Source: Bacteroidetes bacterium UBA2364
Lineage (GTDB): Bacteria; Bacteroidota; Rhodothermia; Rhodothermales; UBA2364
Assembly (NCBI GenBank): GCA_002344075.1
Contig: DDTM01000057.1
Coordinates: 24,053-88,052, forward strand
Length of the DNA: 64,000 bases
Reading direction: 5' to 3'
Position 1 is the stretch's first letter; each line of letters opens with the position of its first letter. Positions 31,101 to 39,654 of the stretch are shown here, in pieces. The position numbers and the translations under genes are program-made. Below the pieces are notes generated by a model that made no database searches, was not told the origin of the DNA, and was given only the letters and a program-made list of their open reading frames with translations.

Positions 31101-31594
31101 ATGACCTCTACGAAGGTCTCGGAATTCATAAGTCCCCTCAAGCATATGGCGCATTTCCTACGGATGCTTATTCGCATACGCCTTCCAAAAAAGGTGCACA
31201 ACAACCGGGAATGACTGGACAGGTGAAAGAAGATATAATCTGCCGTTGGGGTGAATTAGGTGTTCATATACAAAATGGACAGATTCATTTTGAACCTATA
31301 ATGCTTGAAAAGAAGACATTCAAGGACGATCCCTTCTTGTTTGTTTATACGGATGTTGAAAATAAACAAAACAAGTGCCTTGTACCTAAAAACAGTTTGA
31401 CATTTACTTACTGCCAGGTTCCCATAATTTATGAGTTTGGAGATAAAGTAAGCATGACGGTAATACTAAAAGATCAAGAAGAGATGATATTTAATACTCA
31501 TATTCTATCATCCGAATTAAGTGAAGCTATATTTTTGAGAAAAGGAGTTGTACAATGTATAAAAATAAGTATTAATCCTAATACATTAATTTGA
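28187..31594 (+). CDS. large cytoplasmic protein, putative beta-glucan phosphorylase (GH94/GH149/GH161-like)
   Basis: 1135 aa with no signal peptide. 'NWRDIFQNWE' resembles the GH94 'G(F/Y)RDSNQD' block, and 'QRPEWNDANNAL' resembles the GH94 catalytic 'ADWNDCLN' block. It lies between GH16 and GH30/MFS. The family call is from memory of motifs, not from a search. Confidence 0.5.
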   Translation: MKQVVFGNTTFYQISNIDKMRPFFMTILSSSNHWMFISSNGGLTAGRTSADFSLFPYYTEDKIADSAEYTGSKTIIRGKNKAGSYVWEPFSTRNQGHFETQRNLYKSVYGNELIFEEINQTHGLIFRYQWSNAAQYGFVRKATLVNLNTEDCQIEVLDGLQNILPAGVGSNLQNFYSNLVDAYKQSELVVPSGLGIYALSAIIVDRAEPSEALKANTVWSFGLRNPINLLSNFQLESFRNGMTILPEIENKGEKGAYFICETLTLPANNAKEWYMVADVHKNHSEVIHLIEALKQPDRLIKGVLANVMEGTKNLLKLACNADGLQTTSDPLKDSRHFSNVLFNIMRGGIFDDQYFISKSDFLSYLNKANKHIFELISVEAIKWPEKFEFNFIKKSDLFNKNIDFQRLSKEYLPLYFSRRHGDPSRPWNQFHVNTIHETDGSKVLDYQGNWRDIFQNWEALAISFPDYAESMIYKFLNATTFEGYNPYRVSKDGFDWEIIEPDDPWAYIGYWGDHQVIYLLKFLEFITAYKPGLLENLFDKECFVYAHIPYKIKKYQDIILNPKDTITFDHAMDLRIREERTLIGSDACLIKDENNNIHHVNFIEKILAVILSKISNFIPEAGIWMNTQRPEWNDANNALVGNGVSMVTLYYLRRFLVFFEKILNTSTVSEVKISQELIDCYKNIRKILEENVILLASKISDNDRKNIVDQIGEAASSYRWHVYDHGFWGKKRTISIEGIQRFNKISLQFIDHAIESNQRPDGLYHAYNLASFEGETVKISHLTVMLEGQVAALSAGILDAKQVVQVLNALKQSPLYDQDRNSYILYPNKKLPGFLEKNTFDESEIKDCQLIIELIDKGDKSIIEKDILGYYHFHKDFKNINDLKDGLTKLISHNYVHYNKTELDKIYSIYEKIFNHKAFTGRSGTFYAYEGLGSIYWHMVSKLLLAVVENIFKAYHEKADKKHCDALIKHYYDLYEGLGIHKSPQAYGAFPTDAYSHTPSKKGAQQPGMTGQVKEDIICRWGELGVHIQNGQIHFEPIMLEKKTFKDDPFLFVYTDVENKQNKCLVPKNSLTFTYCQVPIIYEFGDKVSMTVILKDQEEMIFNTHILSSELSEAIFLRKGVVQCIKISINPNTLI

Positions 31595-31622
31595 ATAATA
31601 TTTATTAATTTGAATAATATTT
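31585..31622. repeat. perfect 19-nt tandem duplication at a gene junction
   Basis: ATTAATTTGAATAATATTT occurs at 31585-31603 and again at 31604-31622. Copy 1 contains the TGA stop of the upstream gene, and copy 2 ends 1 nt before the GH30 ATG. Confidence 0.95.
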
Positions 31623-31623
31623 T

Positions 31624-33117
31624 ATGAGACACTTTATTTTAACTTTTATTTTCTTTCTAGGAATAGATATGGCTATATCGCAACCTAAGAATTGGCAAAT
31701 AAATGCTTGGAAGTCTTCTGCTGACGGCCATGCATTAACAAAAGTAAACACTCAAAATGTCTCAAACAATCCTAATGTTATTATTCGGATTCAGCCTAAG
31801 ATTAAATTTCAGAAAATATTAGGATTTGGTGGCGCTTTTACTGAAGCGACTACACACTTATTACAGAAACTGAGTGAGGCAAATCGAAAAAAAATATTAA
31901 ATGCTTATTTTGGACAAGAAGGAGCAAACTATTCTCTTTGTAGAACCCAGATAAATTCATCAGATTTTTCTATTGGTCATTATGCATATGCAATAACGCC
32001 GGGCGATACGCTATTGAAACATTTTGATATAGGTCATGATGAAGAGACCATTATCCCTATTATCAAAGAGGCGCAAAAAATTTCTAAAGAAGGCTTTAAT
32101 CTGATTGCTTCTCCGTGGACAGCGCCTCCATGGATGAAAGACAATAACCATTGGGTAGGAGGAAAACTTAAGCCAGAGTATTATGCTACTTGGGCATTGT
32201 ATTTTTCAAAATATCTTGATGCTTACAAAAAGCATCAAATCCCTTTCTGGGGTATTACTGTAGAGAATGAGCCGAATGGAAATGGTAATAACTGGGAAAG
32301 TATGCACTATACCCCACAAGAAATGACCAATTTTGTACAACACTACTTAGGGCCTCATCTTGAAAAAAATGGGTATGGAAATATTAAGATTTTGGGTTAT
32401 GATCAAAATAGAGCAGATCTAAAAAATTGGGTGGATGAAATGTATCGCACACCAGAAAGTAGCCATTATTATCATGGAACAGCCATCCATTGGTACGAGA
32501 GTACCTACGATTATTTCCCAGAAGCGTTGGATTATGCGCATCATAAAGTACCCGGAAAATATTTAATTCAAACTGAAGCCTGTATAGATGCAGAAGTTCC
32601 GGTATGGCAGGACGATCAATGGTACTGGCAACCCCATGCCACAGATTGGGGTTATGATTGGGCACCTGAACATGAAAAATACCTTCATCCCAAATATGCA
32701 CCCGTTTACCGTTACGCAGAAGACATTATCGGTTCCTTAAACCATTGGGTAGAAGGTTGGATTGATTGGAACATGGTGTTAGATCAACAAGGCGGGCCAA
32801 ATTGGTTTGAAAATTGGTGCATTGCGCCCATTATTGTGAATGTGGAAAAGGATGAAGTCTATTTCACGCCTTTATATTATGTGATGTCGCATTTTAGCAA
32901 ATTTATCAGACCGGGAGCGCATAGAATTGGCCTCTCCAATCTAAACAGTACCGTCCATGCGACCGCTGTCGAAAATCCAGATCATTCTATTGTCTTGGTA
33001 TTGTTAAATAAGGAGAAAAAAGCCCAGACCGTCGCAATTCACTTAGATGGTTTTTCTCACATATTTAATTTAGATCAAGAGAGTTTGCAAACCATAACCC
33101 TTAAACCCCAAAATTAG
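31624..33117 (+). CDS. GH30 (subfamily 1, glucosylceramidase-like) beta-1,6-glucosidase, secreted
   Basis: 'GFGGAFTEA', 'ASPWTAPPWMK', acid/base 'WGITVENEP' and nucleophile 'LIQTEAC' are collinear with GH30_1. It has a signal peptide. Confidence 0.9.
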   Translation: MRHFILTFIFFLGIDMAISQPKNWQINAWKSSADGHALTKVNTQNVSNNPNVIIRIQPKIKFQKILGFGGAFTEATTHLLQKLSEANRKKILNAYFGQEGANYSLCRTQINSSDFSIGHYAYAITPGDTLLKHFDIGHDEETIIPIIKEAQKISKEGFNLIASPWTAPPWMKDNNHWVGGKLKPEYYATWALYFSKYLDAYKKHQIPFWGITVENEPNGNGNNWESMHYTPQEMTNFVQHYLGPHLEKNGYGNIKILGYDQNRADLKNWVDEMYRTPESSHYYHGTAIHWYESTYDYFPEALDYAHHKVPGKYLIQTEACIDAEVPVWQDDQWYWQPHATDWGYDWAPEHEKYLHPKYAPVYRYAEDIIGSLNHWVEGWIDWNMVLDQQGGPNWFENWCIAPIIVNVEKDEVYFTPLYYVMSHFSKFIRPGAHRIGLSNLNSTVHATAVENPDHSIVLVLLNKEKKAQTVAIHLDGFSHIFNLDQESLQTITLKPQN

Positions 33118-33119
33118 TC

Positions 33120-34541
33120 ATGAGTAACCAGATTAATCAGAGTGTACCGATCGTCCAGAAAATGGCCTTTGGTGCTGGTCACTTGGTGAATAATCTTTTC
33201 CCCGGTGCCTTGGGGGTTTTTTCCTTTTTCCTACTGACAGGATTTGGGATTGATCCCATTTATGCAGGTATGTTGTCTGCTATTCCCCGTTTTATAGATG
33301 CTTTATCAGACCCAATTATGGGATTCATCTCTGATAATACGAAGTCAAAATGGGGACGAAGAAGGCCCTATATCTTTGCTGGTGCTATCTTAGCAGGTGT
33401 TTTCTTTTTTATACAGTGGCAAATGAGTGAGACAAACGGGACTGTTTTTAATTTTTGGTATTTCTTGATTACCTCTATTATATTCATCTTATTTAATACC
33501 ATGTTCTCTACACCATTAATTGGTTTGGGGTATGAAATGACAAGTGATTATAAGGAAAGAACAAGGCTGATGGGTTTTTCTCAGACGGTAAGCCAACTGG
33601 CTTGGATGATAGTGCCCTGGTTTTGGGTATTGGTTGCTGATCCAAACTTGTTTGCTACACAAGCTGAAGGTGTTCGCACGTTATCTATTCTGGTCGGTGT
33701 TTCGTGTATTATTCTCGGTATTTTACCGGCTATTTTTTGCAAAGAAGTAGCTGCTTCTCATATTGAGAACCAAGCGGATTTAACCCTGAAGAATACATTC
33801 AATAACTTAGGGAAATTATTTAAAGATATTAAGAACATGAGTCGTAATATTCCATTTATGCGCCTCTGTGGAGCGACTTTTCTGGTCTTTAATGGTTTTC
33901 AAATGGTTGCTTCATTTAGTATTTTTATTATTGTTTTTTATATGTTTAATGGAAGTTACGAGGCAGCGGGTACTTTACCTGCCTGGTTTTCTACCATTAG
34001 TGCCCTTGCAACCGCTTTTTTGGTTATCCCTATCGTTACCATGATGGCCAATAAATATGGAAAACGGACGGCATTTGTGATTTCTACTTTTATCTCGATT
34101 GTTGGGTATATTTTGAAATGGTGGGGATTTAATCCAGAAAATCCTTGGATGATTTTTATGCCTGTTCCATTTATTGCATTTGGATTAGGGGGGCTATTCA
34201 CTTTAATGATGAGTATGACCGCAGATGTGTGTGATTTGGACGAGTTGGAAAATGGTATGCCGCGAAAAGAAGGAACCTTTGGCGCCATTTATTGGTGGAT
34301 GGTTAAACTTGGTCAGGCCCTGGCTTTGTTCTTAGGAGGAATTGTATTAAAAGTAGCTGGATTCAACCAGAATGCAGCTGTACAAACTGCCGAAACGATG
34401 ACGCTTTTACGTATTTTTGATATTGCCTTGCCAGCCATAACAGCCGCGCTGGCTATTTGGGTAATGTGGAACTACGACTTATCCGAGGAGAAAGCAAAAG
34501 AAATTAAAGCGGAACTTGTGCGTAGAAGAGGCGAGTTATAA
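33120..34541 (+). CDS. glycoside-pentoside-hexuronide (GPH)/MFS sugar:cation symporter
   Basis: 473 aa with about 12 TM spans. N-terminal 'FGAGHLVNNL' and 'RFIDALSDPIMGFISDNTKSKWGRRRPY' are typical of MelB/GPH carriers. Its start lies 2 nt after the GH30 stop. Confidence 0.85.
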   Translation: MSNQINQSVPIVQKMAFGAGHLVNNLFPGALGVFSFFLLTGFGIDPIYAGMLSAIPRFIDALSDPIMGFISDNTKSKWGRRRPYIFAGAILAGVFFFIQWQMSETNGTVFNFWYFLITSIIFILFNTMFSTPLIGLGYEMTSDYKERTRLMGFSQTVSQLAWMIVPWFWVLVADPNLFATQAEGVRTLSILVGVSCIILGILPAIFCKEVAASHIENQADLTLKNTFNNLGKLFKDIKNMSRNIPFMRLCGATFLVFNGFQMVASFSIFIIVFYMFNGSYEAAGTLPAWFSTISALATAFLVIPIVTMMANKYGKRTAFVISTFISIVGYILKWWGFNPENPWMIFMPVPFIAFGLGGLFTLMMSMTADVCDLDELENGMPRKEGTFGAIYWWMVKLGQALALFLGGIVLKVAGFNQNAAVQTAETMTLLRIFDIALPAITAALAIWVMWNYDLSEEKAKEIKAELVRRRGEL

Positions 34542-34571
34542 GAAGCCTGCACGGCATTGTTTGATGAAGAG

Positions 34572-34622
34572 AAAAGGAAATGGGAGGCTCTCAAATGAAA
34601 TGTAGGCTCCCATTTTCCTTTG
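34572..34622. terminator. candidate bidirectional terminator between convergent genes
   Basis: AAGGAAATGGGAG ... CTCCCATTTTCCTT forms a ~13-bp stem with one bulge and a 20-nt loop. The flank on the minus-strand side is T-rich. Confidence 0.45.
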
Positions 34623-34703
34623 GCATAAAACCCGCTGAGATGCAGTTTGATTGGTCAATGCCCGAAGCTATTCGGGATCCGAATATAAGATTCAGGATGC
34701 CGG

Positions 34704-35663
34704 TTATTTAGAGGGTGCTTGTGTTAGCCATGCAAGTAGAACGCGGTTAAAAACCTCAGGCTGTTCTAATGGCAGTAAGTGTCCGGCTTTTTCCAACAAC
34801 TCCACTTTTGCATTATGAAGGGCAGTCCCGGCGCGGCTGGCAATATCTGCTGTGGTAAGGCCGGGATTAAAGAAACGGTTGGGAATCATCTTGTCCCCCT
34901 TGCCATAAAGAACCAAAACAGGAAGGTGGAGGGCATCCAACTGCTCATAAACAGGGCCATCCAACATGCCAGAAACCGACTTTTCGTTGACCTCGGCATA
35001 GGCGCGGAAGTCTGATCGGGTTTTCCATGCTTTCCGTTGTTCTACTAACCATCCAAATTTGGGGGCATCGTAGTTATCGAAATTAAGTGCAATACTGGTC
35101 GTGATTTGTGGGTCGGTAGCCTCCATGATAGACTTGACGGTCATGAAGTTCCTTAGGCTTATCCGTGCTTTTTCGTCGAAAGTCTCAATTCCAGCCGCCG
35201 AGACCAAAACGAGTTTCGACACTTTTTTTGGATGTTGAAGTGCGAGTGTCATGCCGATTTGCCCACCCATAGAGAGGCCCACATACGTCACTTTTTCAAT
35301 CCGCATGGCTGTCAGAAAAGCCGCTATTTGATTCGCAAACCACGACATGGTCGCGGGCACTTGTTCCTTAGACGAAGCACCATATCCGGGAAGGTCTATA
35401 GCAATTACACGATAACCTTCGGTGAATGCTTGCAGGTTTTCCTTCCAAAAAGAAGCATTGGAACCGAGACCATGTACAAACAAAAGCACCTCCTTACCTT
35501 TGCCACCTTCCCAAAAAGCAATCTGCTGGTTGCCTACGGTTATTTTTTTCATGGATGGGAGGGTGTGTGGCAATGTATCGGTAACGGGCATTGTAGGTAT
35601 TTTGGTGGTGCGGCATCCGGCAAGGATAACCGTTAGAAAAAAGAAGATGAAAATTGCCTTCAT
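34704..35663 (-). CDS. alpha/beta hydrolase lipoprotein
   Basis: Lipobox 'ILAGC', oxyanion 'FVHGLGSN', nucleophile elbow 'GLSMGG', Asp in 'YGKGDKMIP' and His in 'KAGHLLPLE'. Confidence 0.85.
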   Translation of the reverse strand: MKAIFIFFFLTVILAGCRTTKIPTMPVTDTLPHTLPSMKKITVGNQQIAFWEGGKGKEVLLFVHGLGSNASFWKENLQAFTEGYRVIAIDLPGYGASSKEQVPATMSWFANQIAAFLTAMRIEKVTYVGLSMGGQIGMTLALQHPKKVSKLVLVSAAGIETFDEKARISLRNFMTVKSIMEATDPQITTSIALNFDNYDAPKFGWLVEQRKAWKTRSDFRAYAEVNEKSVSGMLDGPVYEQLDALHLPVLVLYGKGDKMIPNRFFNPGLTTADIASRAGTALHNAKVELLEKAGHLLPLEQPEVFNRVLLAWLTQAPSK

Positions 35664-35691
35664 GAAGATATACGATATTTAGCTTATGTAT

Positions 35692-37161
35692 TTAGATTGT
35701 TTTTAGGTCTTTTTTGAGAATCTTACCACTATGACCTTTTGGCAATTCGGGTAAAAATCGGACATATTTTGGGGTTTTATAACGCGCAAGAAAACTCCGA
35801 CAATGGGCGATGAGTTCAGTCTCGGTGGTGGTTTGGTTTGGTTTTAGGGCAATAAAGGCCAATCCTGTTTCGCCCCATTTGGCATCTGGTATGCCGATAA
35901 CAGCGGCCTCGGCCACCGCAGGATGTTGGTATAAAACCTTTTCTACCTCGGCAGGATATACATTCTCGCCACCCGAAATATACAGGTCTTTTTTGCGTCC
36001 GGCCACATAGAAGTACCCTTCTTCGTCCATACGCACCAAATCTCCGGTATAGAACCATTCATTTTGGAGTGTTTGCAAGGTTGCAACTTCATTCCGCCAA
36101 TAACCGGAAGTAGTCATCGGGCCACGCATCAGTAGCTCACCCGTAGTTCCAGCAGGCACATCATTACCGAGGTCATCCACTACCCGAACATCCACATAGA
36201 AATTAGGAAAACCAATGGATCCGGCTTTACGAATGGCATCTTCTTCTGGAAGGGAAAAGCAGTTTGGCCCAACTTCCGTCATCCCAAACCCTTGCCGAAT
36301 AGGTACGCCCTTTTGCTGCCAAGTTTGGATGAGTGGAATGGGCATGGGTTCGCCGCCGACAATCGCATACCGTACACTTCGGAGATTCGCTCTCTCGAAA
36401 TTGGGGTGATCCGAAAGCATTTTCATCATCGTTGGTACCCCCCAAATAATGCTCATTTGCTCGTTTTCGCATAGTTCGAGGATTTGCACTGGATCAAAAC
36501 GGTCTAACAAAATGGTGGTTGCTCCCAGTAAAAGGAAGGGGGTTAGCAGGACATTCCAACCACCTGTATGGTAAAAAGGTGCAGCGTTGAAGGAGATGTC
36601 CTTTGTGGTAAGGTCGAGGCGCATGATGGTATTATACGCATTAAAGGCGAGCATTTTATGCGTGATCATGGCTCCTTTGGGCCGCCCAGTTGTGCCGGAG
36701 GTGTAAAGTATCATCACGGCATCGTCCGGACTTGGCTGGAAAGACGATGTATTAGGTTCCTTATTTTCAATAACCTGAACTATTTTTGTCAAAGGCAAGC
36801 AAGTTGGCTTTGCGTTTGCTACATATTCGGCAAAGGCTTCTCCATAGAAGAGTACTGCTGGATCGCTATCCTCGACGATGTATTGCACCTCGGAGGGCGT
36901 AAGGCGATAATTTAGTGGGACGAGGATGAATCCGGCTTTCTGACATGCAAAAAAAAGCAAGACATGCGCCAAACTGTTTTCGGCAATAACCGCCACTCGG
37001 TCGCCCTGTTTAAGGTTATACTGTGTGATGAGCCAATGAGCTGTATGATTGCCCAAATGGTCGCATTCTAAATAAGAAAGCCGCCGGTTTTCAGGTTGCC
37101 AGATCAGAGCCGTTTTGTGCGGGTAATATTGCGCATTTCGGGCGAGCCAGTCGGTTCTCAT
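35692..37161 (-). CDS. AMP-dependent acyl-CoA synthetase/ligase
   Basis: 'LYTSGTTGRPKGAM', 'YTGDLVRMDEEGYFYVAGRKKDLYISGGENVYPAEVE' and C-terminal 'PKGHSGKILKKDL' are ANL superfamily core motifs. Confidence 0.9.
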   Translation of the reverse strand: MRTDWLARNAQYYPHKTALIWQPENRRLSYLECDHLGNHTAHWLITQYNLKQGDRVAVIAENSLAHVLLFFACQKAGFILVPLNYRLTPSEVQYIVEDSDPAVLFYGEAFAEYVANAKPTCLPLTKIVQVIENKEPNTSSFQPSPDDAVMILYTSGTTGRPKGAMITHKMLAFNAYNTIMRLDLTTKDISFNAAPFYHTGGWNVLLTPFLLLGATTILLDRFDPVQILELCENEQMSIIWGVPTMMKMLSDHPNFERANLRSVRYAIVGGEPMPIPLIQTWQQKGVPIRQGFGMTEVGPNCFSLPEEDAIRKAGSIGFPNFYVDVRVVDDLGNDVPAGTTGELLMRGPMTTSGYWRNEVATLQTLQNEWFYTGDLVRMDEEGYFYVAGRKKDLYISGGENVYPAEVEKVLYQHPAVAEAAVIGIPDAKWGETGLAFIALKPNQTTTETELIAHCRSFLARYKTPKYVRFLPELPKGHSGKILKKDLKTI

Positions 37162-37166
37162 ATGGG

Positions 37167-38636
37167 TTATACTTTATGGGAAGATAGACGATTGGACAGG
37201 GCAAATAATGTAGCGACCAACAAACTTCCTATAAGGGCAAAGGTGGCCGGAACAGCGGGGTTATTTGACATAAAAGTGATTTTTCCGTAGGTCATACCAA
37301 AGTGAATGACAAGAGCGGTTAAAGCAGTCGCCAATACGCCCATTTTTGCAAGTCGTTTAGAGAAAACCCCAAACAAAACGGGCGCGAACGTAGCTGCAAA
37401 CAGTCCATAAACGCCATTTTGTGCTAACATTGCTACTGAAAGATCGGGTTTGATTTGGCTGACAGAGATCAGAAACAATACCGGAGCCAATACCACTAAA
37501 AAACCCTTCCCATACCGTAGTGCCTGTTGGTCCACTTCCTCTTGGGATTTTGCGGGCTGGGGAAATAAATTTTTATAGACATCGTTGGCGAATATGGCCG
37601 AGAGTGACACGAGCAAACCTTCCATCGTGGAAAAACCCGCAGACAGCAGGCCGAGTGCTACAATTCCCCGGACTACAGGCCCAAAATGATCTGTTAAATA
37701 TCGGGGCATAACGGCATCTACGGCAAGGCTTGGATCGTTGAGTTGAATGCGGGCAAATGCCCCTACTATCAGTACCATGAAGAAAAAGAAAACCGTTACA
37801 AGACCAGTTGTAAGGTATTTATTTACGTCACTTTCCGTCTTTAGATAAAGGGCTTTAGAGATGATATGGGGCTGCATAATAACGGCCACACCAATCATGA
37901 AATTGGCCACATACACCTCAAAGAAATTCCGAAAAAGGGCACTCTTGGGGTTGATCGGCTGGGCGAGGAAGGGGTCTATGGCGCCAAGTTTGTGTAAGAA
38001 CCCGCCAAGTCCATCCCCAAAATACGAAATACCAGAGCCGAGCAAGATAAGAGCCACCACAAGCATAATAAGTGCCTGCACCGAGTTGATGAGAATGTGC
38101 GCTCCTGCACCCCCAAGAAAAATAGCGACTAATGGTAAAATAATGACAATGGCAATGGCCACCAATAAATCTATACCCAGCAACGCTCCTAAGACACGGG
38201 CCAATCCAACCGTAATCAACACCAAAAAAGTAATGAGCAGTAAACTTAAAAAAGCGTAAAAAAGTGTGAGTCGCTTATCCCCAAACCGGTCGCCAATCCA
38301 CTGCGGAACAGTTAAGACCGCAAATTGATCGCCCACCCGTCGAAAACTCTTGGAAACAACGATCAACCCCACCATAATCCCCAGTGGAGTGGCTACGGCA
38401 TATCCTAAAAATCCAGCCATTCCAAAATGATAGACCAAGCCGGGATTGATCACAAAAGTGGCCGCACTTGTCAGGTTGGCTGCCAACGATAGACCCACCC
38501 AAATCGGGTTGATCTGGCGATTGCCCACCGAAAAGGAGGCCAAACCTTTGCTCTGACGGAGACCGAGATAGGTGGCATAGGCCATAAAAGCCACATATAT
38601 TCCAAAAAAAATCCAGCCAATGACGTGCGAATCCAT
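37167..38636 (-). CDS. sodium:solute symporter (SSS) family transporter
   Basis: 489 aa with about 13 hydrophobic spans and an SSS-like N-terminus ('YLGLRQSKGLASFSVGNRQINP'). Its stop lies 5 nt upstream of the ligase start. Confidence 0.8.
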   Translation of the reverse strand: MDSHVIGWIFFGIYVAFMAYATYLGLRQSKGLASFSVGNRQINPIWVGLSLAANLTSAATFVINPGLVYHFGMAGFLGYAVATPLGIMVGLIVVSKSFRRVGDQFAVLTVPQWIGDRFGDKRLTLFYAFLSLLLITFLVLITVGLARVLGALLGIDLLVAIAIVIILPLVAIFLGGAGAHILINSVQALIMLVVALILLGSGISYFGDGLGGFLHKLGAIDPFLAQPINPKSALFRNFFEVYVANFMIGVAVIMQPHIISKALYLKTESDVNKYLTTGLVTVFFFFMVLIVGAFARIQLNDPSLAVDAVMPRYLTDHFGPVVRGIVALGLLSAGFSTMEGLLVSLSAIFANDVYKNLFPQPAKSQEEVDQQALRYGKGFLVVLAPVLFLISVSQIKPDLSVAMLAQNGVYGLFAATFAPVLFGVFSKRLAKMGVLATALTALVIHFGMTYGKITFMSNNPAVPATFALIGSLLVATLFALSNRLSSHKV

Positions 38637-38667
38637 GAAGTTGTCTTTTGTGAAAGGTTGTAAAAAA

Positions 38668-39654
38668 TTACCAACGGAGCGCTAATGCAGCCATGGCCGC
38701 CCCACCGCCAGAAGTAATGATAAAGACCCAGTCGCCTCGACGGAGTTTACCCACTTCGTTCGCATCGGCAAGGGCCATCGGAATGGCGGCACTTCCAGTA
38801 TAACCATAGCGATCCATGATGTAATGGGTTTTTGTTTCCGGAATCTCGAAATGCCCCAGCACCTCGCGTATGGTGAGGATATTAATTTGGGTGAAAAAAT
38901 ACCGATCCACCTCTTGTGGTACTATGTCTAATTCTATACATAATTCTTGGATCACCCCTGTCCAAAGGTCAAAATTAAACGTTTTGGGGAATTTCTTCCG
39001 GAATTGGAGCAAATGCTGTTGTTCATGAATCAGGGCTTCGGTTGGGGGCATGGCCGCTCCGCCCACATAAAGCCCCATATAGTCGTTGTACTGGCCATCG
39101 GACCATAAACGGGACGCCCGAATGCCGCTTCCATCGTTGGAAGGCATTAAAACCGCTGCACCCGCACCATCCGCAAAAAGCGTGGAGACATTGCGGTCTC
39201 TGAAGTCCAAAAAGCGGCTCATACCATATGCCCCAATTACCAATACATATTGATAGTGCGGATCTGCCCCAATGTATTTACTCCCGATGTCTAAAGCGGT
39301 CGCAAATCCGGCACAGGCAGTATTGACATCGAAGGATCCGGCGCCTGTAGCACCTATTTTATGTTGTACGATGGCAGCGGTAGAAGGCGAGAGGAAGTCT
39401 GGCGTATCGGTCGCAACCACCACTAATTGAATGTCCTGCGGTTGGAGACCGGCATTCTCGATGGCGCGTAGCCCTGCTTCCGCAGCCAGATCAGATGTGG
39501 TTTGCCCTTCTGTCATATATCGCCGCTCAAAAATATTACGGTTCTCGCGCAAAAAAGCATCTACATCTTGTTGATAAAGGTCATTGAAGTACGCATTGGG
39601 GATCACCCGTTTCGGTGCATACAAACCTGTTCCGATAATTTTGGCTTTTCGCAT
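38668..39654 (-). CDS. KAS III (FabH)-like protein lacking the catalytic His and Asn
   Basis: The last 80 residues align without gaps to E. coli FabH. Cys is retained ('NTACAGF'), but 'HQAN' is 'TQIN' and 'GNTSAAS' is 'GYTGSAA'. Confidence 0.85.
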   Translation of the reverse strand: MRKAKIIGTGLYAPKRVIPNAYFNDLYQQDVDAFLRENRNIFERRYMTEGQTTSDLAAEAGLRAIENAGLQPQDIQLVVVATDTPDFLSPSTAAIVQHKIGATGAGSFDVNTACAGFATALDIGSKYIGADPHYQYVLVIGAYGMSRFLDFRDRNVSTLFADGAGAAVLMPSNDGSGIRASRLWSDGQYNDYMGLYVGGAAMPPTEALIHEQQHLLQFRKKFPKTFNFDLWTGVIQELCIELDIVPQEVDRYFFTQINILTIREVLGHFEIPETKTHYIMDRYGYTGSAAIPMALADANEVGKLRRGDWVFIITSGGGAAMAALALRW

